From: Bugula neritina
Lineage: Eukaryota; Animalia; Bryozoa
Length of the DNA stretch: 46,579 bases
Assembly: GCA_964035545.1 (NCBI GenBank)
Contig: CAXIUT010000053.1
Coordinates: 1-46,579 of the forward strand
Direction: 5' to 3'
Below the pieces are notes generated by a model, which was not told where the DNA came from, did no database searches, and was given only the letters and a program-made list of their open reading frames with translations. Position numbers and translations under genes: made by a program. This document shows, one piece after another, positions 1 to 13,330 of this stretch (the stretch's first letter is position 1; each line of letters opens with the position of its first letter).

Positions 1-78
1 CCAACCCCAACCCCAACCCCAACCCCAACCCCAACCCCAACCCCCAACCCCAACCCCAACCCCAACCCCAACCCCCCC
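1..78. repeat. Left telomere (CCCCAA)n
   Basis: Tandem C4A2 repeats at the window start, in the correct polarity for a left chromosome end; Tetrahymena-type repeat. Confidence 0.97.
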
Positions 79-135
79 TATTATTTTTGTATCAAATATA
101 AATCATATCAGTTATAGTTAATAATTCAAATTAAA

Positions 136-2596
136 ATGAATCAATCAAACTCCATTGACATTCTTAGAAAAAGACTATAAAAAAACAATTCTAGAACTAC
201 AGTCTAACTAGATTCTTAGTCAAATGAGAAATGATTAAACTCTATCCTAATATAAGCATTAACACATCAGATAAATTATACGAGAATAACTTCAACTTGA
301 ATAAATAGTTCAAAACCTTACTAAGGAAAATAAGGAGTTAAAGATAGTGGTTAGTTAGAATTAAAAATTATTTGATTTGAAAAAAGAGTAATTTATACAT
401 GAATTGTAAAATATATAAAGTAAATGGGGACAGTTTAGACTTGAAAGGGATAAATAAAAAAAAATATTACTAAAAGGAACATAAAACCTAAAGAATCAAG
501 TTAGTTAAAACAATAATTAGCTAAAATAGTAAAATTAGAAGATTAAAAAGTAGGTATATAAATTAAAAAACTAAAATACTCATCTCAAAGAAAAGAATGT
601 TCAAATATCATCTTAAAAAGAATCCTTAGAAGAATAGCTTCATAAAATGAGAAAGGAGATATAGATTAAAAGTCGATAGCTTTCAAATAAGAGTAAATAA
701 GTTGATTCTAATTCATCTTTTCAGAAACAATAATATTAATAGATCATAGCTAAGATGCAGCAAGATATGTATTTGATTCGTTAGAGTTGGTAGCAAAAAT
801 GTCACTAGATATAAACTCAACTTCAAGAATAAAATAACTTACTAGCTTTATAGTATGAGTAGCAAATGAGAAAATAATTAAAATAACATGCATAAAATTT
901 AAAATTAGGAAATAGTGTTGTAATCCATGATAGTTAGGCTATCATAGCTAAAAAGGTATAAAAAGTACAGCAGTAGTTTGTATAACAGATAAAAACGATT
1001 GAAGAGTAAATGCAGAAGTTAACTAATGTTTATAATACAGCTAAAGAAGAGTTAGAATCAAAATAGAGGAGTAATAGATAAATGAGAAATAAATTTAGTT
1101 AATTGTAGTTTTAAATTCAAAAAATATAGAAATAAAAATTACATAAAAGTCAATAATATTAGTTAAATATGGATCGTTTATCAGTTTAAAAGAAAAAAAT
1201 GGAAAATGAATTAAAAAGTATTAAATAAGAGTTATAAACACTAACTAATGAAAAGAAATAACAAAAGGAATAATATAATATCATTACTAAGAAATATAAC
1301 TCTCTAACTTTATAAAATGACAAAAACAAACAATAAATAAATATGTTATCAGCCAAAAGCAAGAATTTATCTTCAACTAATGAACAACAATTTTCATAAT
1401 TGATCAGTTTGCAGCAACAGGTATCTCAAAAGGATCAAAATAGTCGATCAAAACAGACAGAAATGGATGATCTTAAAAATAAAATAAATCATTATGAAAT
1501 AACCCTCAAATCATAAAAATAACTGAACGATAAATTAAATAAAACAACAAAATAGCAAAAATAGAAATACAAGAAGATGCAAATAACAACGGATAAGATT
1601 TTTATATTTCTTAGAAAATTAAAAAAATAAGGTTAAATTATAAAAGAAGATGTAAGATGTCAATTATAACTGTTAAAAAGTAAATGGTCCAATATAGCTA
1701 GTCAACTAATTGATCAGTTTAGTTAGCATAGAGAACAGCATGAAAGAAGAGTTAAATCGAGGATGAGTTAGTTGCTTGATTAGATGTAAACTAAATAGAA
1801 ATAATTAATTTAAAATTGTAATCAAGAAAAAGAGCAACTTAAATCAGAATTGAATTAAAAATAATAATTAGCTTAGATTAAAGAATAAGAAGCTAATAAA
1901 ATAAAAAGAAAGTTTTAATATCTTGAAGAATAGAAGAGAGGTCTCGTGGAAAATATATAAAAATAAAAGTTATTGGTTATAAGGATGTAACAAAAGATCA
2001 CTCATAATTAACAAACTTATCATAATATGGTTAATAATATGCAAAGATAAATTTCTAGAACTCTAAGTCATTTCCATTCGAAATGGTCTTAAAACTTAGC
2101 TCAGGCACAATATCAACTTGATACTAAAGAGGAACAAATTAAAATATGCATGCAAAATATAGATCAATTGAGTATTGAAGCTTAATAATCGAAAAAGATG
2201 AAAGAGATGGCAGAGGATGATAGCAAAAAATATAGGAAAAAATATGAATAGCTGATTCATAAGAGAGATTCTTAAAAAGATAATATTTTAAAAAGGTTAT
2301 AACATGAGCAAAAACATAAATTGAATTTATAGAAGGAGTTAAAAGATATAAAAATATCATTTGTAAGGGGAACAACTAATAGCAGTATTAACAATTTTTC
2401 ATTTAACGATAGATAGAATACCTATAATCAGAATTCATATGTCAAGCCATACTTTAAATAAGATTATTCTAATGATAAGTAAAAAGAGCTATCAGAAATA
2501 AAGGAAATGGTGGCAATAACACAAAAAAGATTTGATGAGAAACCAATGGCTGAACGAGATGTTGTTAGAAATCCAAGTAAAAGAAATCTTTTTTGA
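136..2596 (+). CDS. Long coiled-coil hypothetical protein (~820 aa)
   Basis: Open E/K/Q-rich frame with TAR=Glu, ending TGA at 2594-2596; one apparent extra A in the A-run at ~181-185 near the start. Confidence 0.7.
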
Positions 2597-2663
2597 TTGA
2601 TCTCATTATTATTGTTCGATATTTATATTTTTGATATTAAACCCGGTCTTTTATTATCTATTT

Positions 2664-3299
2664 ATGACTACCACATACACATAAATTGAACTTCAGGATG
2701 CTTTGACGAAAATAAGTCTGTATCTGAGTTCTCTTCTTGCTAGTCATGGCAATAATTAGCGTTGTTAAAAGGTAGTATACCTTGTTACTGAAACCTTTCT
2801 GAAATACATGGAAAATTAATAGTTTACTAAAGAAAGTTATGAGAAGGTGAGGTTGCTAATTCATACAAAAAATAATTATTATGGATTGTTGATATTAGAC
2901 CAGATGATAAAGAATAATAAGATAACATTTAAGTTGGGCAAAAAAGATTGTTAGAATTTATTTAAGGGAGTATGGTAGACAACTTGGTATTAACATAAAC
3001 ATCATAGTCAATAAATCAAGTTGGAACAATTGAAGTTAATGGCTAAAGTATGGGGATATATTTTTAGTGCTAAATATTAATAAAATCTAAAAAAATGGGT
3101 CTAATACACCTTTAAAACGAAATTCACGATATCTGCTAACAAAGAAGCTTAACTAAAAGAGTTATACAGTGTTGCATAACCTCAAAAAGCAGATAATAAA
3201 ATGGAATAGCTTATGCATAACATGGATATGATTGAGTAGCCTAAAAAATAAATTAAAGATTAAAGTCTTTTAGAAGCTCTAGGAATCGACCAATTATGA
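2664..3299 (+). CDS. Hypothetical protein, possibly a CID (CTD-interacting)-like helical domain
   Basis: 211-aa ORF (ATG..TGA) in code 30; YGLLILDQMIKN...LKLMAKVWGYIF weakly resembles CID. Confidence 0.6.
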
Positions 3300-3368
3300 T
3301 ATCTATCATTATATATCTGAGCTTTATAATCAATTAGAATGTTAATATTTATTTATTATCTATCTAAA

Positions 3369-4693
3369 TCATTATAAGTAACTAAAATCATTAAGTAAGC
3401 TTAACCTCTCTAAACAAACTAGTATTCAGTTTAAGACTAGCTAATGAAGATTCGCAGATACTTCTTTTATCTTAATCAAAGTTGTGTTTGTAGTATCTAT
3501 GAACTGAGAAGTTATGAGGTGAGTTGAGTCTATCAAAATTACATGATTTATTTATTTATTCGATAAATGTTTTATTCTTGTCTTAGTATAATTTACTTAA
3601 ATATTTTTGCATTCGTTTTGATTGTTTTTTATTAGTTTCTACCATTTTTATAGGTTATTAAATAACCTAATCTTCAGTTAGTTCTGAAACCATTGAACTT
3701 CTTTTCAATGAATTTAGTCTGTCAGATTTTTATTTTTATATCTATGAGTAATGTTTAAATGAATTTTATCCTCGGGATTGGTAACTTCTCAAAGTACGAC
3801 TGGTATTAGGTCCTACTGAACTTCTATTATTTTATTCAAGCTGAATAAATGATAAGATACTTTACTATTTTAAGTAAGTTTTATGAAAGGTAAATGTGAT
3901 ATTTGTCTTTTTCCCATGTTAGCAAATAGTTTTCTTTTTCCTTATCTAGATTCTGTTCCTCTACTTATCAATTCTTCTCTATTTTACTATTATGCGTTGA
4001 TGGCTTTTTGTTTATGTTTTAATTGTGTAAAATCTAGAGATTTTCCTCTAAATAAATGAGATATTACCCTGTTAGAACTGTCATATTCTTTTTAAGAGTA
4101 GGTTATTCTTTGAAGATAAGTTGACCTGTAAAATCATAAGAAAACTATTTACTAGGAACTGATGGTTTAGGTCTATTCATGCTTTCTTCTAATCTCAAAC
4201 GTTATTATTCTTAGTTTTATTTTCTTAATTTTCTCATAAAATAAAGGTTTCTTTTAACTTTACCAATTTATTTTTCAAGTTGTATTTACTAAACAGATAA
4301 AACAGGTTAACTGAGAGCAAAAACTCCTACATCTTTTTTTTTACCTACAGGTTTTCTACTTCTTTTAGTTTTGATTCCTTCAGCAAGTGGTTGTGGCTCC
4401 TAAGCTGTAGCTGGAGGAGATTCTTCTTCTTATTTTTTCTAAAACTACAACATAAAATTAGCATTCACATCTGGACAGATATTGATAGGATCTTGATCTT
4501 AGAATCCTATGCCTTTACTTGGAGGTTTTGGCATTTATCCAATAAATGTTAACTCTAATGCAAGTGAACAAATGATATTTGAAGTATAATTGGGTATTTA
4601 TGTTATTAACTTTCTTGTGAGTAGTTATTGATCGAATGTCACCATGAGTTAATCGATGATGGATTGGCAAATTGACTCGCTTTGGTATTCCAT
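3369..4693 (-). CDS. Hypothetical protein (~434 aa), 20-nt intron 4126-4145
   Basis: ATG at 4693 and TGA at 3369; the length is a multiple of 3 after removing GTTTTCTTATGATTTTACAG. Confidence 0.65.
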
Positions 4694-4825
4694 AGTTTTA
4701 TTGTTATAACTAATTTAAAACAAATCATCAATTCAGATCAATCAAATGAAGTAATATATGTTCTATTCTTGATAAATAAGGATTGAATAGTGATATATTA
4801 GATATTCAAAAAAAAAAATAATTAA

Positions 4826-5417
4826 ATGAAGGTATATTCTCCTCCTGACAACCATTTACTAGCCAAAATAAAATTTGCAGCCTCTATAACCAGAACCTCT
4901 ATCACCCATGAACCAGTTCCTTATGGATACAAACATAAACAGTTCCAATAAAATAATTCACTCTTTACCACACCAGCATTATAACTCGAAAATCATCAAT
5001 TCGTCTTCGGATCACACTCCATCCTAAGAACACTACTTCCCTCAAAAACAATACTATTTATCAATAAGTACAAATCATAACAAATAGGCACTTATCAATC
5101 AATGGCTCGAACTGATTGAAAGAGATTTTTAACCCGCAGTAGGTGTCCTTATACTGATAACAAACTAACTAGCATAAGTAAAATAAAGTCAAATATTGAA
5201 AGCTAAAGAAACAGTACTAAAGATAGCCAAGCAACTGGACTAGCGACTAAAAACAAACACTTTCTTGGTGGGAAACAATCTAACTATTGCAGATATCAGT
5301 GCATACTATAGTTGGATGTAGGTAACGAATCAATTGTAGAAATAAAGTAAAAATTTATCTAATTTACAAAGATGGATCAAATATATTTCTGATATTCCCA
5401 ATAATGATCATATTTGA
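4826..5417 (+). CDS. GST-fold protein (eEF1B-gamma/AIMP-like), intron 5068-5087
   Basis: ALINQW, TFLVGNNLTIADI and NLQRW GST-C motifs; one apparently missing A at ~5045. Confidence 0.8.
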
Positions 5418-5461
5418 AATGATATATTAGTAGATAAATCATATTAGATATATATTAACCC

Positions 5462-6834
5462 ATGAAAAGTACTATTCTCATTGTTCTTATCTTGATAGTT
5501 GCTGTTTCCAGTTGGAAGTTCAATAACCCTTTTGAATAAGAAATCCAAGATTCTAATAATCAACAAGTACAATTCTTTGATCAAATATTGGATCACTATA
5601 GCTACCTTCCTCCTACCTTCTGGAAACAAAGGTATTATGTCAATGACGCATACTTCACTCATGCTGACGGACCAGTTCTTCTCTATATATGCGGATAAAG
5701 TACATGCAATGGAGTATCAGATCCTTCATGGACAGCTACACTTGCACAACAACTCAATGCTCTCATCATCTCCATAGAACATAGATATTATGGATAATCA
5801 TTGCCTTTCAGGGCATTGTCTTTCTAAACTTAAAATTTGAAATATCTCAGTTCCAGACAAGCTCTTAAAGATATAGCATTTTTTATTTAATAGCTTAAAA
5901 GAAATCAATGGCATGGTATATCTCGTGCTAGCAAATGGGTAACTATTGGAGGTTCATATGCTGGTGCACTATCTGCCTGGTTTAGATCCAAATATCCACA
6001 TCTAACAGTCGGTGCATTAGCATCTAGTGCAGTGGTTTTGGCAGTATAAAATTTCAAAGATTTTGATGAACAAATCTACATTTCTTCAGATAAAAGTGGA
6101 TAGTACTGTGTAGATGATATCCGAAAGTTAACAGAATATGCATAGAACAAGAGTGTAGGACCAGACAGAATCGATTTCCAAAAACAATTCAAAGCATAAA
6201 TGCTTACAACCAGATAATTTATGTTCTTCTGGTCAGACGTATTGGTTTTCCAAATCCAATATGGCAATCGCAGTGCTTTTTGCAGTTCAATAAAAAATAA
6301 AACATTTGATCAGCAACTACAACTAGTATAATCTTTGATGAAAAGAGTATCGCCTGTAGACTACGGATCATACTACCTCAAAGATCCTTTCTTGGCACTT
6401 ACTGATGGAAGAGGAGCTCGTTCTTGGTATTATCAGTCTTGTAGTGAATTTAGTTATTTCCAGCCATACTCAGATCGACACCCTATGCGTTCAAAACTCT
6501 TAACACTTGATTTCTATAAGAAGTGGTGTGAAGATATTTTCGGAATGGGTACTTGGCCTAATGTTCGATAAACAAATTTATAATACGGAGGGCTGCATCT
6601 GAGAGCAACTAACTTGATAATGACAAATGGCGATGAAGGTAATTTGATTGTTATATAGATCCTTGGAAGTGGGCTAGTCTTCAAAAAAGTTACAAAAGTA
6701 TCATAGCTAAAGTGGCTAATTGTACAGATTGTGCACATTGTCGAGATTTGAGGATTCCACAGAAAAAAGATCCAAAAGAAATAACACAGATTCATGATTT
6801 ACAACTGGCTCAAATTAAAAGTTGGCTTAAGTGA
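5462..6834 (+). CDS. Serine peptidase family S28 (PRCP/TSSP-like), secreted; intron 6639-6658
   Basis: Signal peptide, FDQILDH, QRYYVN, ICGE, EHRYYGES, GGSYAG nucleophile, YQSCSEF, G.EDPW, AHC. Confidence 0.93.
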
Positions 6835-6865
6835 TTATAAATCCCATTTAAATAATAATTGAATT

Positions 6866-9800
6866 ATGAAGATATTACAACTCCTGCTTGTAGCTCTACT
6901 TGTTCTATCACATCAGCAATCAAACCACCGACTCCTCTATGTCGATCTTCGCCTGTTCCCAACCAGATTCCAATAACTGTGGGAGAGGAGGTTAAATTTG
7001 ATCTATAAAATGTTTTCAGTGGTAGATTTATTGTTATTTAGGTTATAACTTGTTTATGAATGGAACAGAGCAGTCGCATATCAGCATCTTTCATAAATAT
7101 GATGTAGTTGAAAGTCAATATCCTACCTCTTACAACTTTACTTCTGTCAAACTTAAAGGCAATGGTAGGTTTATTGGATTAGTTACCAATGGAGATTACA
7201 GTAATCTTGTCATTGGAACAAGTAATGACTAAACTGGACTTAAAATAGATTTCTAAGTTTAAATATAAAGCATTGATAACCTTCACTGCTATGATGTTGA
7301 CTAAATAATACATCAAGACCACCCAACTGCAGTAGCTGATTGTGCAGCCTATTCATTCGGATAAGTAGTCTTCAACATCTTTTTCTATGTCAATATAACA
7401 AGCAGATAAAAGATATAAAGCACCCATCTCACTGACACCTTCGTTAAATTCCATAGCATCAAAAAAAGAAAGATATAGATAATTGAAGATCCATTTACCA
7501 GAATTACTTACTTGATGCGATTCCATCTTAGAGACGGAGTGACGCCTTAGAACCAAGATAAAACCTATATGGAAATATTCACATTGACTAATCCTGTCTT
7601 TCCTCAACTTATCGATGTTATTGATCATACCTTTTTCGGAATGGAGTCGCTTAGTATTGCTGACTACCAAATTAGACCTTTTGCTGTCTACTTGCTCATC
7701 TACAACAGAGGACTCTACTAAATAATATTTACTCCTGATCAGCATGTCAATATCCGATCTCGAATGGATGTCAGTTTGGATTTCACTCGTTTCAGAGTAG
7801 ATCAACTTGGCTTCAATGATGATCTCAATGTTGTTCTTAGCAATTAGAATACAGTTTACCAATATGAATGGGATGTAACAAATGATCCAATTCTTGTTCA
7901 TAAATACTCTTTAGTACCTAATTCTAAAGTACATCAGTTATTTACTGACTACAACTTTGTTATCGTAGTTGCTGATTCTATTCTAAATGATCAATTGGTT
8001 CGCAGGAGTTGGATCTTTAGTAAAAAGACCTATTCCTACCTCAACGCCTATAATGTCTTCCATGCACCACTTGATAGTCCTCACATCATTGTTTGGAATG
8101 AACATGGATCGATCCTTCATCTGTTCCATCAGTACAGTTGTGATTACATCAAGTTAAGTTTGCCATACATGTTGGTTAAACCAGTTGATCAATCCAAAGC
8201 CAACACTACTGAAAAATATTAAGTGATTGCTCAATCTATAGGAGATGATGGAACCTCTGCCAACTGTTCTTAGACATTCTAATTTATCTATCTGATGCCT
8301 AATGATAAAAGAATATTGAAAACAGGGTATTGGCCTAGAAAATAAATATATGTTGATTCGCCTGATACACGTCAAATGCCTCTAGCAGTCTAATTCTTTG
8401 GTTCTAATCTCACCTATAATGTCACTGTTCAATCCAACGAATCCGCTACTCCAGCATTTTTCATCAACAAACAACACTAGGCTATCATTGATTGGCCTCC
8501 ATAGATAAATTCAAGTTAGATATCATTTTTCTAGATGTTTACAGAATAACTTGATAACAATAAACCTGATGCTATTTATGGTTTGATTCAAACAGCTCAA
8601 GTATCATAGGCCAAGACAGTTTATAGTTCTTATTACATCAAATGTAAGATAAATGTTTTTGAACGTCAAGATAAACATCATCTTGCCTGTAGTACAGTCA
8701 TTAATACTCGTTTTTCTAATGGAAAAATACTTAGAACATCACATTTGCTCAATCCAAGAGACAGAAGAATGGCTATTGTCTTTGATTCGGCTCCTCATAC
8801 CATCTTTATCTATACAGCTAATCCAGATAAAATCAACTTTTATGGTAGAAAAGATTACGCAGGAGATGCATCTAATACTGTTACAGGAGTAGCTATTTCT
8901 CTAGGAAAACTTTTTGTTGTCTTTTAATATAGCAAAAGAGTTGATATCTTTAATCTTTAAGATCTTTTTGAAGATGAAGATATTCCTAGCTACCCTAAAG
9001 CTCTATTTGTCCTAAATAGTGACTTTTTTAGATTTTATGGAATCAATTATTTTGCTCCAGTGGATATAAAAGTATCAAGATTCCATGGATAAACAATCTT
9101 CTTGAAAACAAAAATAGGAGTATTTGGACTTAATGTCAATTAAAAAGGTTTTCCTTAAATGTTATTTAACATCTCAAATGTAAATATTCGCTATGACTTT
9201 TAACTCTCATAGCAAAACATTCTCATCCTAACAGAATAAACTTCCACACTCTACGAATTCGACTTGCCACTCAGAAGATCCCATCCTCCCAGAAAAGTTA
9301 ACTCCATCAATGCTACTTTCAAAATAGGATAATATGATGAAGTCTGTTCAGATCGACTCTTCTATATAGTTGGTCCTATGTCAGCCTATGTCATGAATCC
9401 TCGTTTCAGATCTACTTCTAGATTATACACATAGATATGGTCAAGTGAGTAAATAATGTCTGTTGATGCTGTCAATATCAAAGATATGTAGATATTTTTC
9501 TATAGAACGAAACATGAGATCCATGCCTGGGTGTTAGCATAAAATCCATTGTTAGACATCGCGTGGCCTTCTAGTAGTCCAGATTTCAATATGACTCTTT
9601 CTGCACATAATCCGACCACTCAATCTGAATCATATCAACTTCTTTTCAATGTCCTAGATAGCAACTAAACCAAAATTACTCCTACCTCATAATTCAACCA
9701 AACTGAAATCTAAAACTAGGGCATTTCAAAGCGCCACACAACAACATTACCTACTCAGCATAAATTCAACTCAATGACACCAATTGGTTCTAAGGAACTA

Positions 9801-11570
9801 TCCTTCATTTCACGCGACTTGCTCTACAGATTAGTGTAAAAACAGTACTACAATTCGCAACCATGTCCAACTAACCAATGATCAACTTATCGAAGGTAGA
9901 GCTATCTATGATATGGAGTCAACTGATTATGGAATCTATGCCCAACAGTATTCAGGAGTATTCAAATCATATGTTCATAATGATTCGATACAACTATTAA
10001 TACAGTTCCAACTACTCATATTGGCTAAGTTTGTACCAAGATAGCTACTGGAGATGCTCAGCATTATGTCATATCTTTATGTTAGTTAGGAGGTGGTCTT
10101 CCTGTCAATGTGTATATTACATCTAATGTGGCAGCTAAACCTTTTACTTTTGGACCGTTCCAAACTGAAGCAAAAGCAGTCAATTATGCTAAAATAGTTG
10201 GAAATATACTTATGATTGTTGATAACGAAGATGATCCTTTCATTAGACCTGGTGGAATTTATCTATATCATATGAACTATGATATGGATTAAGGTAGTTT
10301 TATCACATTGCTTGATTACCTTGACTATGATGATCTACAAATTGAAGGATTTAAAGGTACTCCTTATATTGGATCAGCTGATATGCATGCTCCTTTCTCT
10401 GATCACTAGTTTAGACTGTTTCTGACTGAAGTACTTACTGGAGCTATCTTTGTTTTTGGATTTGAGGTGTCAGCTGATGGGCAAGAAGCAGTTTATCTTT
10501 CGAAAAGATATATTCCACTTGAAAAGATTTTACCTGTAGAAGTTAAATATCCAACTCCAACGAGAATTCAAACTATTTCAATACACCATGCTTTTGATTT
10601 CAACAAAAATGTTGAATATTATTTGATACTGACTGCTGCTAACTGGCATCATATGTAGATAAAAATAACTTTAAGCCATAACGACTAAATTTTGAGTTAT
10701 AAACTTTAAAGACTTTTTGAGCGTTTTCCTTGGGAATTGCAAAATTATTATAAATATAAGAAAAACAGAAGACAAAATACCTATTTTGCTGTCCCTTATG
10801 TAAATGATGAAGAAGAGAGACAACTCATAATGGTATACTCAGTTCCATATATTCTTGACGCTTAAGCAAAAACTTATAAATAAAAATACAGTCCTCATAA
10901 ATACTAGATGTACTTGAATACAGTACCTATTCTGAGAGCATTTGGTTCACATAAGATAGATGACACATATGAGACAGCATTTGCTTTTCATACCTTTGGA
11001 GATGATAAAATGTTATGGACTGATATGAATGGTTACGATATTAGTGAGATAACTTTGTTCTAGAACATAACTATTTTTGTAAAAGATATACCTATTACTC
11101 ATGATGTTTTGAATGTTAGTGCTCATAATAGTTATATGCAGTATTATTTTAAAGTAGATTTGAATTTTGAAAAGAATGGTGATAATGATGATGATGATAA
11201 AAAGAAAGATTAAAAAGGGTATCTTTGGATAGTTATCATAATTATTGGAGTTATTATGATTATAGGATTGATTGTTGTTTATTGTAGGCAAAAAAGAAAT
11301 CAAAATCATCAACATCAACCAGAACATTCACTCAATTAAACACTTATTACCAATTAAGATAGACATAACATCAATCGTTCATCTGTTGATCCAGGATCCG
11401 TTCGTGCTACATTGAAGCCTGAAGAAGAAGAATCTCTTCAAGCCATCCCACCTGTTAGAACTCAACAAGCTGTTGCAAAAGTTCCCGAAGCAAGAGTTGA
11501 ACGAGTTGAAGTTGAAGAAGAAAGAAAGTCTTAAAGAGATAGTCATTAAGATCTCAAATAATAGATTTGA
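6866..11570 (+). CDS. Large type-I membrane protein (~1560 aa), intron 7022-7041
   Basis: N-terminal signal peptide, long beta-rich ectodomain, TM helix GIFGWIVIIIIGVIMIIGLIVVYC-like at ~11220-11285, acidic tail, TGA at 11568-11570; indels near 9770-9820. Confidence 0.75.
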
Positions 11571-11893
11571 TCCATTGATTCATCATAAATTCAAATTAGT
11601 ATTGAAGTTTTTCATTAATAACATAATATGGTGGGTTCTGTAAACGCTATCAGTTTGTTTTTGGGTAGATAAAAAATTCTAAATATATCATTTGATATAG
11701 AATGCTTTTAATATGGCTATAATTTACAACTAAAGTAAGAAGGTTTTTTTCTGATAAAGTTCGTTTAAACTATGAATAATAAACTATACTTTCTTTTCTC
11801 TTTATGTTTAAAAAATAAAAAAATAAAAATTTATATAAAAGAATATTATCGTAGTTTGTTTTAACTGTTTTTTTGAACTAAATTCTACCGTTA

Positions 11894-11932
11894 TACTAAA
11901 ATTCTAGAATTTTACTAAAATTCTAGAATTTT
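11894..11932. promoter_or_regulatory. Tandem 19-bp repeat, each copy containing the palindrome AAAATTCTAGAATTTT (TTCnnGAA, HSE-like core)
   Basis: Seen directly in an unusually long intergenic region upstream of a C2H2 gene; regulatory role is inferred. Confidence 0.4.
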
Positions 11933-12170
11933 TCACAAAGTAAAATAAAGAGATAAAAAATTAAAATTAAAATTTCATAAGATTCAAAACTTAGGCTAAG
12001 ATTTTATAGCATTTTTAGTTCGTTTCGATATTTATATTTTTTGAATTTTACCAACCACAATTCTAAATTTATTGAAAATCAAAAAAAATTAGTTCATTGA
12101 ATTTCTAATATGGTGGCTATTCCTTTCTATTAGCTTTTTCTTTCTAAAAAAAGTTTTTAAATAATAGGTT

Positions 12171-12602
12171 ATGCTATTATATGTAGATAACATCAATATA
12201 ACTCATAATAATAAACAAATGAAGTACTTACACAATCAAAATCTAACAGATTCATAATTTTAATCTGATTGCTATGTCTAAGATCAAGAATTGATCTAGA
12301 AGCTCAAATAACAAAGTAAAACTATTGAAACTTTAAAATTTGAAGCTAGCCATATCATGGAAGAAATAAAGAGTATCAAGGAAATGATAGGGTCATTTAT
12401 TGGAGAAATAAAAGAAGGTTTTAGCTATATCGAAGAAAAGCTAGCAATAGTCAAGGCAGATAGAACAATTAAACACTCCACTACTAAGAAGAAAATTCAA
12501 AAACTATTTTACTGTGCTCACAAAGATTGTCAGAAATAGTTTAAATCAAAAATAGTCCTTGCTTGGCATAAAAGACGTATGCATAAAAATAAAAATCAAT
12601 GA
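12171..12602 (+). CDS. Small coiled-coil + single C2H2 zinc-finger protein (paralog 1)
   Basis: FYCAHKDCQKEFKSKIVLAWHKRRMH (C-x4-C-x12-H-x4-H); alternative start at 12219. Confidence 0.8.
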
Positions 12603-12689
12603 TATTTACAAATTTTATTTGAAAAATTCCTTAAAAATTACTAAGTTAATACTAATATTGAATTAACTTAAAATCATAAAATAACTTCA

Positions 12690-13171
12690 TCATCCTGAGA
12701 TCTCTTGAATTGAATTGATGTTTTATTATTCCTCTTCTTGAATATCAACTTTTATTTTTTTCTTTCCCTTGCTTCCTCCTTCATCTTCCTTGATATCTCC
12801 TGATCTGCTTCTTTTGGGTTGTCTTTGTGAACTCTTTGATCTCATAGTTGAAGGCAAAGGCAAGACATCATCGACATCTTAAAGGCAATCTTTCATAAAA
12901 TCATAACCATTAAGGTTAAGAAGGCCTTGTTTGAGTATAGCAGGAGTTAATTTAGCGAGTCCATTTTAATGTGCAATTTCTTATGATTTTTTGATGAGAT
13001 CTGTTAGAAAATACTGTAGTGATTGTTCAACTAATGGCGGGACTAAGTTAGATAGTTTTCCTATTTATTGATTTTCTTGGATTATCTTTTTGACTTTAGT
13101 CTGAATAGAAAATAGACTACTATTGGAAAATGCGGGTTAAATTTCTTTTATTTTTGCTCAGTTTCTTACAT
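12690..13171 (-). CDS. DRAP1: NC2-alpha / DRAP1 histone-fold transcription regulator, intron 13101-13120
   Basis: FPI-TKVKKIIQENQEIGKLS...FLTDLIKKS...LTPAILKQ...YDFMKD matches the DRAP1/Bur6 pattern. Confidence 0.8.
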
Positions 13172-13330
13172 CTTAAATATTATCAATCGAACTATTCAAT
13201 TTTTATTTATAGTAGGGAATGATTAATAAGCAATTCAAAGAGTCATACTTATAAATTAATCATAAAGTTAGTTTATTTACTGAGTTTGGAACTAACTGAA
13301 CCAAATATTGGAATGAAACTTTTTATAACA

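Noticed and set aside
178-190. Programmed ribosomal frameshifting (Euplotes-like) at TAA-AAA runs, also at ~5045, ~24880, ~35300, ~37328 and ~38972
   Set aside because: Shifts go in both directions, fall in homopolymers of different bases and share no slippery-site-plus-stop motif; best explained as sequencing indels.
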